Shown here piece after piece: positions 1-8,700 of a DNA stretch of 50,566 nt. Within the stretch, counting starts at the first letter, position 1. Every line of letters begins with the position of its first letter. The position numbers and the translations under genes are program-made. The notes under the pieces were generated by a model. That model made no database searches and was not told the origin of the DNA. It saw only the letters and a list, made by a program, of their open reading frames with translations. The DNA comes from Eubacteriales bacterium (GTDB lineage Bacteria; Bacillota; Clostridia; Oscillospirales; CAG-272): assembly GCA_045637205.1 (NCBI GenBank), contig JAZTYY010000011.1, positions 1 through 50,566 on the forward strand, read 5' to 3'.

Positions 1-448
1 CCTCATAATCTACTACAAAATCTTGTGGTTTATCATATATAGAACCCGGAGAATTTCTTCTGTGAATAACATGATAACAATCACCTTCTGATATTTTATC
101 GTATGCTTCTGGAACAATATCATCGCTTAAATAAGTATCAAAATACGATAAAAGCATATCAATTCCAACATATCCACAAGAACCAATAGTATTGTCTCCA
201 TGATTTGTAGTTAAATTATCAAAATACGACTCCATAAAATTATCATAATAAAAAATGTTAGAACTATAAGTGTTGTCTGGTTCTGATGATATTTCATGGA
301 TAACCTTCATTTTTTCCGTACTCAATCCAATCAATATATCATCCACATCATCTGTGTTTTCTATTGCATAGACTGAATTCTTAGGAATAAATATACTTGC
401 ACATAATAAAGATATTATCAATACAAATATGTATACTCTATTTTTCAT
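1..448 (-). CDS. Secreted protein, putative papain-like cysteine peptidase (3' end runs off the window)
   Basis: Not in the ORF track. ATG at 448 with GGAGG RBS, open to position 1: MKNRVYIFVLIISLLCASIFIP (signal peptide)...NTIGSCGYVGIDMLLSYFDTYLSDDIVP. The N-x-x-G-S-C-G-Y motif followed by a helix suggests a catalytic Cys. Confidence 0.65.
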   Translation of the reverse strand, partial: MKNRVYIFVLIISLLCASIFIPKNSVYAIENTDDVDDILIGLSTEKMKVIHEISSEPDNTYSSNIFYYDNFMESYFDNLTTNHGDNTIGSCGYVGIDMLLSYFDTYLSDDIVPEAYDKISEGDCYHVIHRRNSPGSIYDKPQDFVVDYE

Positions 449-462
449 TTAACCATCCTCCA

Positions 463-1530
463 TTATTTGTTAATGTTAATAACAACCAAATTTTCATCCA
501 AAAAATCACTCAAGCAGTTTTGTGAAATTTCACTATCGGATGAATAGAATATCTTACCAACCAAATAAGAGTTAGTATATAACTCTACACACTCACCTTT
601 TTCTCGATTGCCAACAAATATATATTCTATTTTCCCCATTGGTGCTCTATATTCATAAAATTCTGCTTCGATTTTGATATTGGCTTCTAAAGATTTATTT
701 ATAAATGCCATGTCCACTTCATTCGTTATTTCCGTATAATACTCGATTCTTTTATCGACGTAATAATAACCTCCAACAAAACTAGATGTATATTCAGTTA
801 AATTAATTTCTGAACTATAATTTCTAACATCTCTTATAGTTAGATAGGATAATTGCATAGTATTAAGATTTGGTTCTTTAGACGTCATATTATGATTTGG
901 CATTTGGGTGCTATATTCAATTTCAGAATATTTGTCAACCGTTATCACAAATAATGTTTTATCAAACAGGTCTCTATAAAAATCTTCTGACAATTGAAGT
1001 TTTGTGATGACCTTTATCTCGGCAATCAATTCATTATTGTTATAAATGCTTATTTGTTTGCCTTTTAATTTATATTCGTCAAATTCGTATCGAAATTCAC
1101 CCAATTCGCCTTGAAAAGCGTAAAAATCACCACTGATTATTATAGAATACTCATGTGATCCATCCATACTTACATATTTTTTGATGTATTTTTCATAAAA
1201 AGTTCTGCCATCCCCCAATTCCGAACTAACCAAGGTGAAAGAACACGATATGCGCGGACGATTATAAGTTTCATTACCATCAACAATATATAGCTTATCA
1301 TTAATATATCCATCACTCCAGATACGTTTGGTTATACTATATTCAGGGAAAACAGCTGAAATTGATCTCATACATAAAAATTTAATTTGCCCGTCATCAA
1401 TATTAAACCGTTTATCAAGATCAATATTAGTTTTTTCCCCACACCCCGTAAAGCTAAATGCACTCGTCACCAAAAGCACCAAAACAAGCACCCTTGCGAT
1501 AAGTTTGGTTGCGTTAGTTTTGAAATTCAT
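463..1530 (-). CDS. Lipoprotein of unknown function (355 aa)
   Basis: AAAGGAGA RBS, basic N-terminus, hydrophobic stretch, lipobox-like FTGC. Confidence 0.75.
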   Translation of the reverse strand: MNFKTNATKLIARVLVLVLLVTSAFSFTGCGEKTNIDLDKRFNIDDGQIKFLCMRSISAVFPEYSITKRIWSDGYINDKLYIVDGNETYNRPRISCSFTLVSSELGDGRTFYEKYIKKYVSMDGSHEYSIIISGDFYAFQGELGEFRYEFDEYKLKGKQISIYNNNELIAEIKVITKLQLSEDFYRDLFDKTLFVITVDKYSEIEYSTQMPNHNMTSKEPNLNTMQLSYLTIRDVRNYSSEINLTEYTSSFVGGYYYVDKRIEYYTEITNEVDMAFINKSLEANIKIEAEFYEYRAPMGKIEYIFVGNREKGECVELYTNSYLVGKIFYSSDSEISQNCLSDFLDENLVVININK

Positions 1531-1605
1531 AATAAATTTCTCCTTTAGTAATATACATTAATATTTGGTCTTCATAAGTAGATATAATTATTTATGGCAA
1601 TTAAA

Positions 1606-2142
1606 TCAATTGTATCCTATCTCACCAAAAATAATTGTATTCATTATGCTAATTTTCCAATAATGAATCTCCAATCTCTCTCCATAAACAAGTCTAACTT
1701 TATATTGTCCAAACTCTCCCTGACAAAGCTGTTCGTTATTTGCAACCGAAAAACCTAATTCAGTTAAAATTTTTTCTGCTTCTTCTTTTGTGGAGTTTAC
1801 TGTCAATCCCCATACACACACATTAGGGTCAGTAATTACAATGCCATCAATTTTTTTAAACCCTATTTCAGAAATTGGATAATGATCTATATAGTAGATA
1901 ACTGCATGTTCAGGTGCACACAATTCACCATTTTCATCAAGCACCGCCTCATAACCTGCAGCTAGGTACAAATCCGAAGAAATATAAGTCCAATTATCTA
2001 TATCGGGGTCATCTAAAAGCCAATATTCAAGATTAGTGTCTTCGGGCTTGTCAATTTTTTCTCCTGCGCAAGAAGAAAACATCAGCACAGCCGTGCAAAG
2101 TAAAAGCATTAATGCGATAAGTTTTGTTCGTTTGAAATTCAT
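1606..2142 (-). CDS. Lipoprotein of unknown function (178 aa)
   Basis: Same RBS/leader as 463..1530; lipobox-like FSSC. Confidence 0.75.
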   Translation of the reverse strand: MNFKRTKLIALMLLLCTAVLMFSSCAGEKIDKPEDTNLEYWLLDDPDIDNWTYISSDLYLAAGYEAVLDENGELCAPEHAVIYYIDHYPISEIGFKKIDGIVITDPNVCVWGLTVNSTKEEAEKILTELGFSVANNEQLCQGEFGQYKVRLVYGERLEIHYWKISIMNTIIFGEIGYN

Positions 2143-2202
2143 AATAAATTTCTCCTTTCAAAATAAGTAATTTGGAATTAGTAATGCCAAAATATCAATT
2201 TG

Positions 2203-2231
2203 ATTTTACCACACATAAAAATATATGTCAA
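2203..2231 (-). promoter_or_regulatory. sigmaA-type promoter for the lipoprotein/peptidase genes
   Basis: Minus strand TTGACA-17-TAAAAT with extended TG. Confidence 0.65.
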
Positions 2232-2322
2232 CATTGATAACTGATTAAATAGCAAAAATCGTTGATAGGGGATTTTATTTTAATTTATTTTGTTATATTT
2301 GATTTTTGCTTTTAATTTTGCA

Positions 2323-2397
2323 TCACTTAATTAAATTAGAAAATATAAAACTGATAGACATTAACAATGCAAAAATTTTTATTATTATTCTTTTCAT
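2323..2397 (-). pseudogene. Signal-peptide-only ORF (24 aa), possible remnant of a secreted-protein gene
   Basis: MKRIIIKIFALLMSISFIFSNLIK* with a GAGG RBS. Confidence 0.35.
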
Positions 2398-2519
2398 AAA
2401 AACCCTCATTCCCCCCTATCACTCTATATAACGTTTGATAAAGGAAATTCTCCCCCCCTTTTTTTAATTTTTACTAAAAATATTCACAATTTACAATTTG
2501 TTCATAATTAATAAAATAC

Positions 2520-2548
2520 TTGATATTATCAGGTTTATGTGCTATAAT
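2520..2548 (+). promoter_or_regulatory. sigmaA-type promoter of the ECF sigma operon
   Basis: TTGATA-17-TATAAT with extended TG. Confidence 0.6.
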
Positions 2549-2579
2549 TGTTATATAAAATATTACCCTGGGAGAATTT

Positions 2580-3131
2580 ATGATATTAACTTATATTCAA
2601 TCAATTGAGGATATTAGCAAACGAGAGATAGTTGAAAAAATATATAACATATATTATCATAAAATGTTTGCATGTGCCAATAAAATTCTAAATAACGAAA
2701 ACGACACATTAGATGCGGTGCAAAATGCTTTTTATAATATAACCAAAACTTATGATTTGTTTACAGAACCTAATTCAGATGACTGTGCAACTCTTGTTTA
2801 CATCTATACGAGAAATGCTGCTTTAGATATATATAGAAAAAATAAAAAACGCAGTGAATTAATTACATTAGAAATAGATATTGATGATCTTCCTGATTCT
2901 GAAGTTGATTTGCAAAATTCCTTAGTTGAAGAAGAAGCCTTTAAAACCGTTAGTAAAGCTATAGATGCCTTGCCAACTCAATATAAAGACATAATATTAT
3001 TGAAGTATTATTACAAAATGACTAGCAAGGATATTTCATTAGTTTTACATATAAAACCCCAAGTTGTTGACAAAAAAGCACACAAAGCTAAAGTAATGAT
3101 CAATAAAATGCTTGGAGGTAAAGAAATATGA
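2580..3131 (+). CDS. ECF-type sigma-70 family RNA polymerase sigma factor
   Basis: Region 2 (DTLDAVQNAF...YTRNAALDIYRK) and region 4 (IDALPTQYKDIILLKYY...SKDIS). Confidence 0.88.
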   Translation: MILTYIQSIEDISKREIVEKIYNIYYHKMFACANKILNNENDTLDAVQNAFYNITKTYDLFTEPNSDDCATLVYIYTRNAALDIYRKNKKRSELITLEIDIDDLPDSEVDLQNSLVEEEAFKTVSKAIDALPTQYKDIILLKYYYKMTSKDISLVLHIKPQVVDKKAHKAKVMINKMLGGKEI

Positions 3132-3850
3132 CAAAATCAAGATTAAGTAATTTAGATGTTCTTATTTCTTCAAGTGTCGAGTATAACATCAAAAAAGAAA
3201 GTGCAGAATTTTTAGCAATTGATTCTTCATCCGTGCAGGAAAATCAAGAATTCAAAGAAAAAATAATGAAAAGCATCAACAAAACACATCCCGGTGTTGT
3301 TAAAATGCGCCTTAAAACTGTTTTGGTGGCTTCTATTATACTTATTTCAATTCTTCTCACTGCTTGCGTATGTATTCCAACTATCAGAGAAAAGATTTTT
3401 GGTCCAGTGGTTAGATGGTATGAAGAATATTTTGTGGTCGATTATACTGCAACCACTCCCGAAACTCCCGAAGAAATTACACCTCCTACAACGATTGAAA
3501 ATAGAGCAGTTTTAAATTATATTCCAACAGGATGCCATGCGGAATATGTTGAAGATGATTTTGATACATCTAAAATGGTTATCATATTTGATGATAACGG
3601 CAATATTTTGTTTGTTTTTTATCAATATACTATTTATGAAGAAGTTATGACAAACAATACCGATAGTTGTGTTGTCACTAATCTGTATATTAACGGATAC
3701 GAAGCAATGTTGATTGAATATCCTATAGAAGTAACTGATTATATGCTCATTTGGAGCGATGGCATATATAAATATTATTTATACGGTTATGCAGCAAATA
3801 GTGAAGATATAATCAAAATCGGTCAAGGTGTAGAATTACCAACTGAATAA
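3128..3850 (+). CDS. Putative membrane-anchored anti-sigma factor (DUF4367-like C-terminal domain)
   Basis: ATGA overlap with the sigma gene; one TM segment; YIPTG...INGYEA...LIWSDG...EDIIKI pattern. Confidence 0.72.
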   Translation: MTKSRLSNLDVLISSSVEYNIKKESAEFLAIDSSSVQENQEFKEKIMKSINKTHPGVVKMRLKTVLVASIILISILLTACVCIPTIREKIFGPVVRWYEEYFVVDYTATTPETPEEITPPTTIENRAVLNYIPTGCHAEYVEDDFDTSKMVIIFDDNGNILFVFYQYTIYEEVMTNNTDSCVVTNLYINGYEAMLIEYPIEVTDYMLIWSDGIYKYYLYGYAANSEDIIKIGQGVELPTE

Positions 3851-3851
3851 C

Positions 3852-3878
3852 AAAAAGGGACTATTAGGTCCCTTTTTT
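3852..3878 (+). terminator. Intrinsic terminator
   Basis: AAAAAGGGAC-tattag-GTCCCTTTTT(T). Confidence 0.8.
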
Positions 3879-3895
3879 ATTTGAAAAATTAGGTC

Positions 3896-3924
3896 TTGAC
3901 AAGTGGTTTTATTTGTAGTATAAT
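3896..3924 (+). promoter_or_regulatory. Consensus sigmaA promoter
   Basis: TTGACA-17-TATAAT. Confidence 0.85.
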
Positions 3925-3934
3925 GATGTGGAAT

Positions 3935-4004
3935 AAAATCGTAGTTAACCAACTGCCCGCGTATTGAACTGATTTTAGTCCGTCCAAAAACGCGGCATTT
4001 TTTT
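3935..4004 (+). promoter_or_regulatory. Structured 5' leader, candidate attenuator
   Basis: Two overlapping pairings followed by a T7 tract, between the promoter and the RBS. Confidence 0.45.
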
Positions 4005-4047
4005 GCGCAAATATACCCCTATTTTTGATATAAAAAGGAGAATTAAA

Positions 4048-5418
4048 ATGAGATACGACATTATAATCGTTGGTGCAGGCCCCGGTGGAATTTTTTCTGC
4101 TTATGAGCTTTCAAAGCATAATACTGACCTCAAAATTGCAGTTTTCGAAGCAGGATATCCTCTTAATAAAAGACATTGCCCCATCGATGGCAAGAAGGTA
4201 AAATCTTGCATTAATTGCAAAACTTGCTCAATTATGAGTGGTTTTGGTGGTGCAGGCGCTTTCTCTGACGGTAAATATAATATTACAAACAACTTCGGTG
4301 GCACACTTCATGAATACATCGGCAAGGCTCGTGCAACTGAGCTTATGCACTATGTTGACGATATCAATATGGCTCACGGCGGTGAGGGTACAAAGCTATA
4401 TTCAACAGCTAATTCTAAGTTTAAAAAGCTTTGCCTTCAAAACAAGCTCAATCTTCTTGATGCTTCCGTTCGTCACCTCGGAACTGATAAGAACTATGTA
4501 GTTCTTGACAACATCTATAATGCGCTTAAGAATAAGGTTGACTTCTTCTTTAGCACTCCCGTTCAAAAGCTTGAGACTATTGAAGGCGGATACAAGGTAA
4601 TCACAAAGAAGGGCGACTTTGAATGTGATAAGTGCATTGTTTCCGTTGGACGTATCGGTTCAAAGTGGATGGAAACTGTTTGTAAGGATCTTGGACTTGA
4701 AAAGAAGTCAAATAGAGTTGATATCGGTGTTCGCGTTGAGCTTCCCGCATCAGTTTTCTCACACCTTACTGACGAGCTTTATGAAAGTAAAATCGTTTAT
4801 AGAACTGAAAAGTTCGAGGATAACGTTCGTACATTCTGTATGAATCCCAAGGGCAGCGTTGTTAACGAAAACACAAACGGCATCGTTACAGTTAACGGCC
4901 ATTCTTATGATGATGAATCCCTTCAAACTGAAAATACAAACTTTGCGCTTCTCGTTTCAAAGCATTTTACATCTCCCTTTGAGGATTCAAACGGCTACGG
5001 TGAAAACATCGCGCGCCTTTCAAATATGCTTGGCGGTGGCGTTATCGTTCAGCGCTTTGGCGACCTTGTAAGAGGTAGAAGAAGTAACGTTAAGAGAATT
5101 GAAGAATGCACAGTTACTCCCACATTGGCAGCAACCCCCGGTGACCTTTCACTCGTTCTTCCTAAGAGAATTCTTGACGGTATTATCGAGATGATTTATG
5201 CTCTTGATAAGATTGCTCCCGGTACAGCAAATGACGATACACTTCTTTACGGTGTTGAGGTTAAGTTCTATAATATGGAAGTTTCAGTTGATGAAAATCT
5301 TGAAAGCCAGCATGAAGGACTTTATATTATTGGTGACGGTAGTGGTATTACACACTCGCTTTCACACGCATCAGCAAGTGGTGTTCACGTGGCGCGCCAC
5401 ATTCTTGGAATTGAATAA
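4048..5418 (+). CDS. NAD(P)/FAD-dependent oxidoreductase (COG2509-like) with Cys cluster
   Basis: Start moved to ATG 4048 behind AAGGAG; GAGPGG Rossmann motif, CxxCxxC, GGAGAFSDGK, IGDGSG. Confidence 0.85.
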   Translation: MRYDIIIVGAGPGGIFSAYELSKHNTDLKIAVFEAGYPLNKRHCPIDGKKVKSCINCKTCSIMSGFGGAGAFSDGKYNITNNFGGTLHEYIGKARATELMHYVDDINMAHGGEGTKLYSTANSKFKKLCLQNKLNLLDASVRHLGTDKNYVVLDNIYNALKNKVDFFFSTPVQKLETIEGGYKVITKKGDFECDKCIVSVGRIGSKWMETVCKDLGLEKKSNRVDIGVRVELPASVFSHLTDELYESKIVYRTEKFEDNVRTFCMNPKGSVVNENTNGIVTVNGHSYDDESLQTENTNFALLVSKHFTSPFEDSNGYGENIARLSNMLGGGVIVQRFGDLVRGRRSNVKRIEECTVTPTLAATPGDLSLVLPKRILDGIIEMIYALDKIAPGTANDDTLLYGVEVKFYNMEVSVDENLESQHEGLYIIGDGSGITHSLSHASASGVHVARHILGIE

Positions 5419-5424
5419 TCAAAC

Positions 5425-5456
5425 AAAAAAGCACCTCGTTTTTGAGGTGCTTTTTT
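5425..5456. terminator. Bidirectional intrinsic terminator
   Basis: A6-GCACCTC-loop-GAGGTGC-T6 between convergent genes. Confidence 0.85.
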
Positions 5457-6135
5457 ATATAAAAAGTATTCCGCCAACGTCGATTAATGGTGTATCGGAA
5501 AGGCTTATTGCATCTTTTCCATGCTTAATACAAAATTCACGAATTTCGTTGCCGTTTGGATGGGTATCAAGTGAGCCGCAAAAGTAGATTTTGTTCGCAT
5601 ACGAGCCACAGGTACCACCTATAAATCCGTGATTGTATGGGGGAAGGGAAATGTGCCCCTCATCTATTTTAAGGGTGTCTATGCCTACATTTTTTGCCGC
5701 ATTTATAATGCCGATGTCGGCACTGATGATGGCGTTTTCATCAACAATACAGGTTGAACAATGGGCATATCCCTGCGAAACGTGATGAATTGCAAAGCCG
5801 TTATCCTCGAGATATTTCAAGATTGTTTTTGAGGCATTTTTTATGTTGGCAAACACGTTTTTACCCACAATTGCTATATTCAAAAGAACGTCATTTGGAT
5901 ATTTATTTCCCAAGGGCTCGTCGATATGAATTACGTTTTCAAAAGCCGAAAGGTCAATTTCATAGTTCTTATGCACAAAAACAACGTTACCTACACTCAA
6001 AAGCAGCATATCTGCGTGCGTGTCAACGGGATGCGAGAGCGCGCCAAAGGGAGCAAGCGGAATAGCTTCAAAGCCCTCTTGCTGTAATGCCTCGAATATT
6101 CTCTTGTCTGCGTTTTGCGATAAATATGCGAGCAT
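5455..6135 (-). CDS. DUF6873-like GME/pentein-fold protein
   Basis: HADM, DVLLN, VSQGYAHCS, GFIGG and DVGG motifs. Confidence 0.65.
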   Translation of the reverse strand: MLAYLSQNADKRIFEALQQEGFEAIPLAPFGALSHPVDTHADMLLLSVGNVVFVHKNYEIDLSAFENVIHIDEPLGNKYPNDVLLNIAIVGKNVFANIKNASKTILKYLEDNGFAIHHVSQGYAHCSTCIVDENAIISADIGIINAAKNVGIDTLKIDEGHISLPPYNHGFIGGTCGSYANKIYFCGSLDTHPNGNEIREFCIKHGKDAISLSDTPLIDVGGILFI

Positions 6136-6220
6136 GGGTTATATCCTTTCATTATCGTTGTGTAAGAAAATAAAAAGGGCAGACTCGAACAATTTCGGTC
6201 TGCCAAGCTTTTTACGCTAA

Positions 6221-6406
6221 TTAAGCACGATTAACTTTGCCTGAACGAAGGCAACGAGAGCAAACTGCAACAGTAACGGGAGTGCCGTTAACGATTGCCT
6301 TTACCTTTCTGATGTTGGGCTTCCAAGTTCTGTTTGTCTTGCGGTTAGAGTGAGAAACGTTCTGACCGAAAACAACGCCTTTTCCACAAACACTGCATTT
6401 TGCCAT
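6221..6406 (-). CDS. rpmB: 50S ribosomal protein L28 (Zn-binding form)
   Basis: MAKCSVCGK...NVSHSNRKTNRTWKPNI...CSRCLRSGK; GGAGGTG RBS. Confidence 0.97.
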   Translation of the reverse strand: MAKCSVCGKGVVFGQNVSHSNRKTNRTWKPNIRKVKAIVNGTPVTVAVCSRCLRSGKVNRA

Positions 6407-6543
6407 AATGACACCTCCTGATAAAGCGTTATAAAAACGCACAATTTACATAAATAGTTTACGAACAGTAGATATTATAGCATAGAAAAGTTCAAAATGC
6501 AAGTGTTTTTTGAAAATAATTTAATATAAATATAAAAAAATCG

Positions 6544-7848
6544 TCAAAAAGAGTGATTTTTGCTTTCAAAATATATCTCACCACCATATTCGGTGTTCCC
6601 ACAAAGGGATGATTCTATTCTAAGCAGTCGATTATATTTGGCAATTCGTTCCCCTCGGCAGGGTGCTCCTGCTTTAATGAAGGGCGCATTTGTCGCAACT
6701 GCGATGTCGCAAAGTGTCGTGTCCTCAGTTTCACCTGAACGGTGAGAAAGAATAAATCGGTAGCCATTCTCCTTGGCAATACGAATTGTTTGCAGGGTTT
6801 CAGTCAGTGTGCCGATTTGATTGGGTTTAACCAAAATTGAGTTGGCAATCCCCATTTCAATGCCATCGGCAAAACGCGTGGGGCTTGTGACAAAAAGATC
6901 ATCACCTACAAGCATCATTTTGTTACCAAGGCGCAAGGTCATTCTTTGCCATCCCTCATAGTCCTCCTCGGCAAGTCCGTCTTCTATAGAGATAATTGGA
7001 TATTTTTCATGGAGATGCTCATAGTAGGATATAAGCTCATCTGCGGTATATTCAATTTTACGTTTAAGGGTAATATAAATACCGGTGTCCTTATCAATCC
7101 AAGCACTTGAAGCAACGTCAAGCGCAATTTTTACGTCGTCGGTGGTATAGGTGCTTCTTTCGATTGCTTCAACAAGCAAATCGAGTGCCTCCTCGTCATC
7201 GTGTAAATCGGGGGCATATCCACCCTCGTCGCCAACTGAACTTGACAAACCGCGCTCCTTTAATATATTGCCAAGATTGTGATAAATTTCACTTCCCATT
7301 TGAAGAGCGTGGGTGAAGCTGCTTGCACCGACGGGTAAAATCATAAACTCTTGAATTTCAATATTATTGTTTGAGTGTGCACCACCGTTTATTACGTTGA
7401 ACATTGGAACGGGCATTCTGTAAGCTCCAAGACCACTTAGATATTTATAAATTGGAACGTGATAATAGTTGGCGCTTGCTCGCGCACAGGCAAGGGAAAC
7501 GGCAAGAATTGCGTTTGCACCAATTTTACCTTTGTTTTGAGTGCCGTCGAGCTCAATTAAAGCCTTATCAATTGCAATTTGGTCGGTTGAATACATGCCG
7601 TAAAGCGCAGGTGCAATTTTTTTATTTACGTGTGTAACTGCCTCTAAAACACCCTTTCCGTGATAGCGCTTTTTTTCACCGTCACGAAGCTCAACTGCTT
7701 CATGGCGTCCGGTTGATGCACCCGACGGAGCACTTGCAACTCCCACGGTACCATCATTTAAAACAATGGTTGCTTCAACGGTTGGATTTCCACGCGAATC
7801 AAGTATTTCTCGCGCACAGCATCGGTATATTTGTGGTTTGTTTGTCAT
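6544..7848 (-). CDS. eno: Enolase (phosphopyruvate hydratase)
   Basis: REILDSRGNPTVE, PSGASTG, GDEGG, GDDLFVT, KPNQIGT, SHRSGETED; start moved to ATG 7848 behind AGGAG. Confidence 0.95.
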   Translation of the reverse strand: MTNKPQIYRCCAREILDSRGNPTVEATIVLNDGTVGVASAPSGASTGRHEAVELRDGEKKRYHGKGVLEAVTHVNKKIAPALYGMYSTDQIAIDKALIELDGTQNKGKIGANAILAVSLACARASANYYHVPIYKYLSGLGAYRMPVPMFNVINGGAHSNNNIEIQEFMILPVGASSFTHALQMGSEIYHNLGNILKERGLSSSVGDEGGYAPDLHDDEEALDLLVEAIERSTYTTDDVKIALDVASSAWIDKDTGIYITLKRKIEYTADELISYYEHLHEKYPIISIEDGLAEEDYEGWQRMTLRLGNKMMLVGDDLFVTSPTRFADGIEMGIANSILVKPNQIGTLTETLQTIRIAKENGYRFILSHRSGETEDTTLCDIAVATNAPFIKAGAPCRGERIAKYNRLLRIESSLCGNTEYGGEIYFESKNHSF

Positions 7849-7886
7849 ATTTTTTCTCCTTTTTATAAGTATGTAGACGAAACCAA

Positions 7887-7917
7887 AGCGCATAACAGTA
7901 CAAGACTATTATGCGCT
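7887..7917 (-). terminator. Hairpin terminator downstream of the membrane-protein gene
   Basis: AGCGCATAA...TTATGCGCT with a short T run on the minus strand. Confidence 0.55.
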
Positions 7918-7938
7918 ATATAGGAATAAAAAATTCCA

Positions 7939-8628
7939 TCATTTTGTTTTTGAATAAAGTATTTCGTAAAGTTTTGGAATAGCCGGCTCAAAGGACAAAT
8001 GCTTATCTATCAATTTTCCAAACCAAGCTATTAAAATAGAATTCAAAAATGCCGAAACAATTGTGAGAATGCCTATAAAATCAAATCTATATTCACCGAG
8101 AAGTGCAAACATTAAAATAATGGAAAGTGCAAGCATTGATGCGTCAAAAACAAGCTTTGTTTTAACAAGCTTAAAGCCCTTAGCCACGGCAACCTCTTTA
8201 ACGAAAATCTCATAAATTGAGGGTGGAATGTATGTTCTAAGCATAAGTGCTACGGCGAATGAAGTAATAAGCGTGCCTATAATTGCAAGTAAAATTCGTG
8301 ACGGAATATCCGTTGGCTGAAGGAATCCTAAAAGCGCATTTATGATATCAAAAACCGCACTGTAGAAGATAATGTTGCAAATTGTTGCAATAAATTGCAT
8401 TTTAAATTTTCCGATTATAATGCAACAAAGTGTAAGCAAAATACCCTGAATGATGTATTCGCAAAAGCCGATGGACAAAAATCCAATCTTTTCATGAAGA
8501 ATGAATGCCGGAGCTATAATTGCCGAAAGACCAAATGCACTTTTTGAAACAATGCAGTTTCCCAAAGCGCACAAAATGTTTCCAATAATCCAAGATGCTT
8601 CACCAAGTTTAAGTGTCTTTTTATTCAT
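7939..8628 (-). CDS. YitT/YczE-like (DUF6198) integral membrane protein
   Basis: About six hydrophobic segments, internal two-fold repeat, K-x-x-FD motif (KLVFD). Confidence 0.65.
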   Translation of the reverse strand: MNKKTLKLGEASWIIGNILCALGNCIVSKSAFGLSAIIAPAFILHEKIGFLSIGFCEYIIQGILLTLCCIIIGKFKMQFIATICNIIFYSAVFDIINALLGFLQPTDIPSRILLAIIGTLITSFAVALMLRTYIPPSIYEIFVKEVAVAKGFKLVKTKLVFDASMLALSIILMFALLGEYRFDFIGILTIVSAFLNSILIAWFGKLIDKHLSFEPAIPKLYEILYSKTK

Positions 8629-8665
8629 TTGTATTTCTTCCGTTTTTAGTAATTAGTTTATGTAT

Positions 8666-8692
8666 GAAAGCACTCCCAATGCGGGTGCTTTC
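8666..8692 (-). terminator. Hairpin terminator after the nucleoside kinase gene
   Basis: GAAAGCAC...GTGCTTTC. Confidence 0.55.
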
Positions 8693-8700
8693 TTAATTTT

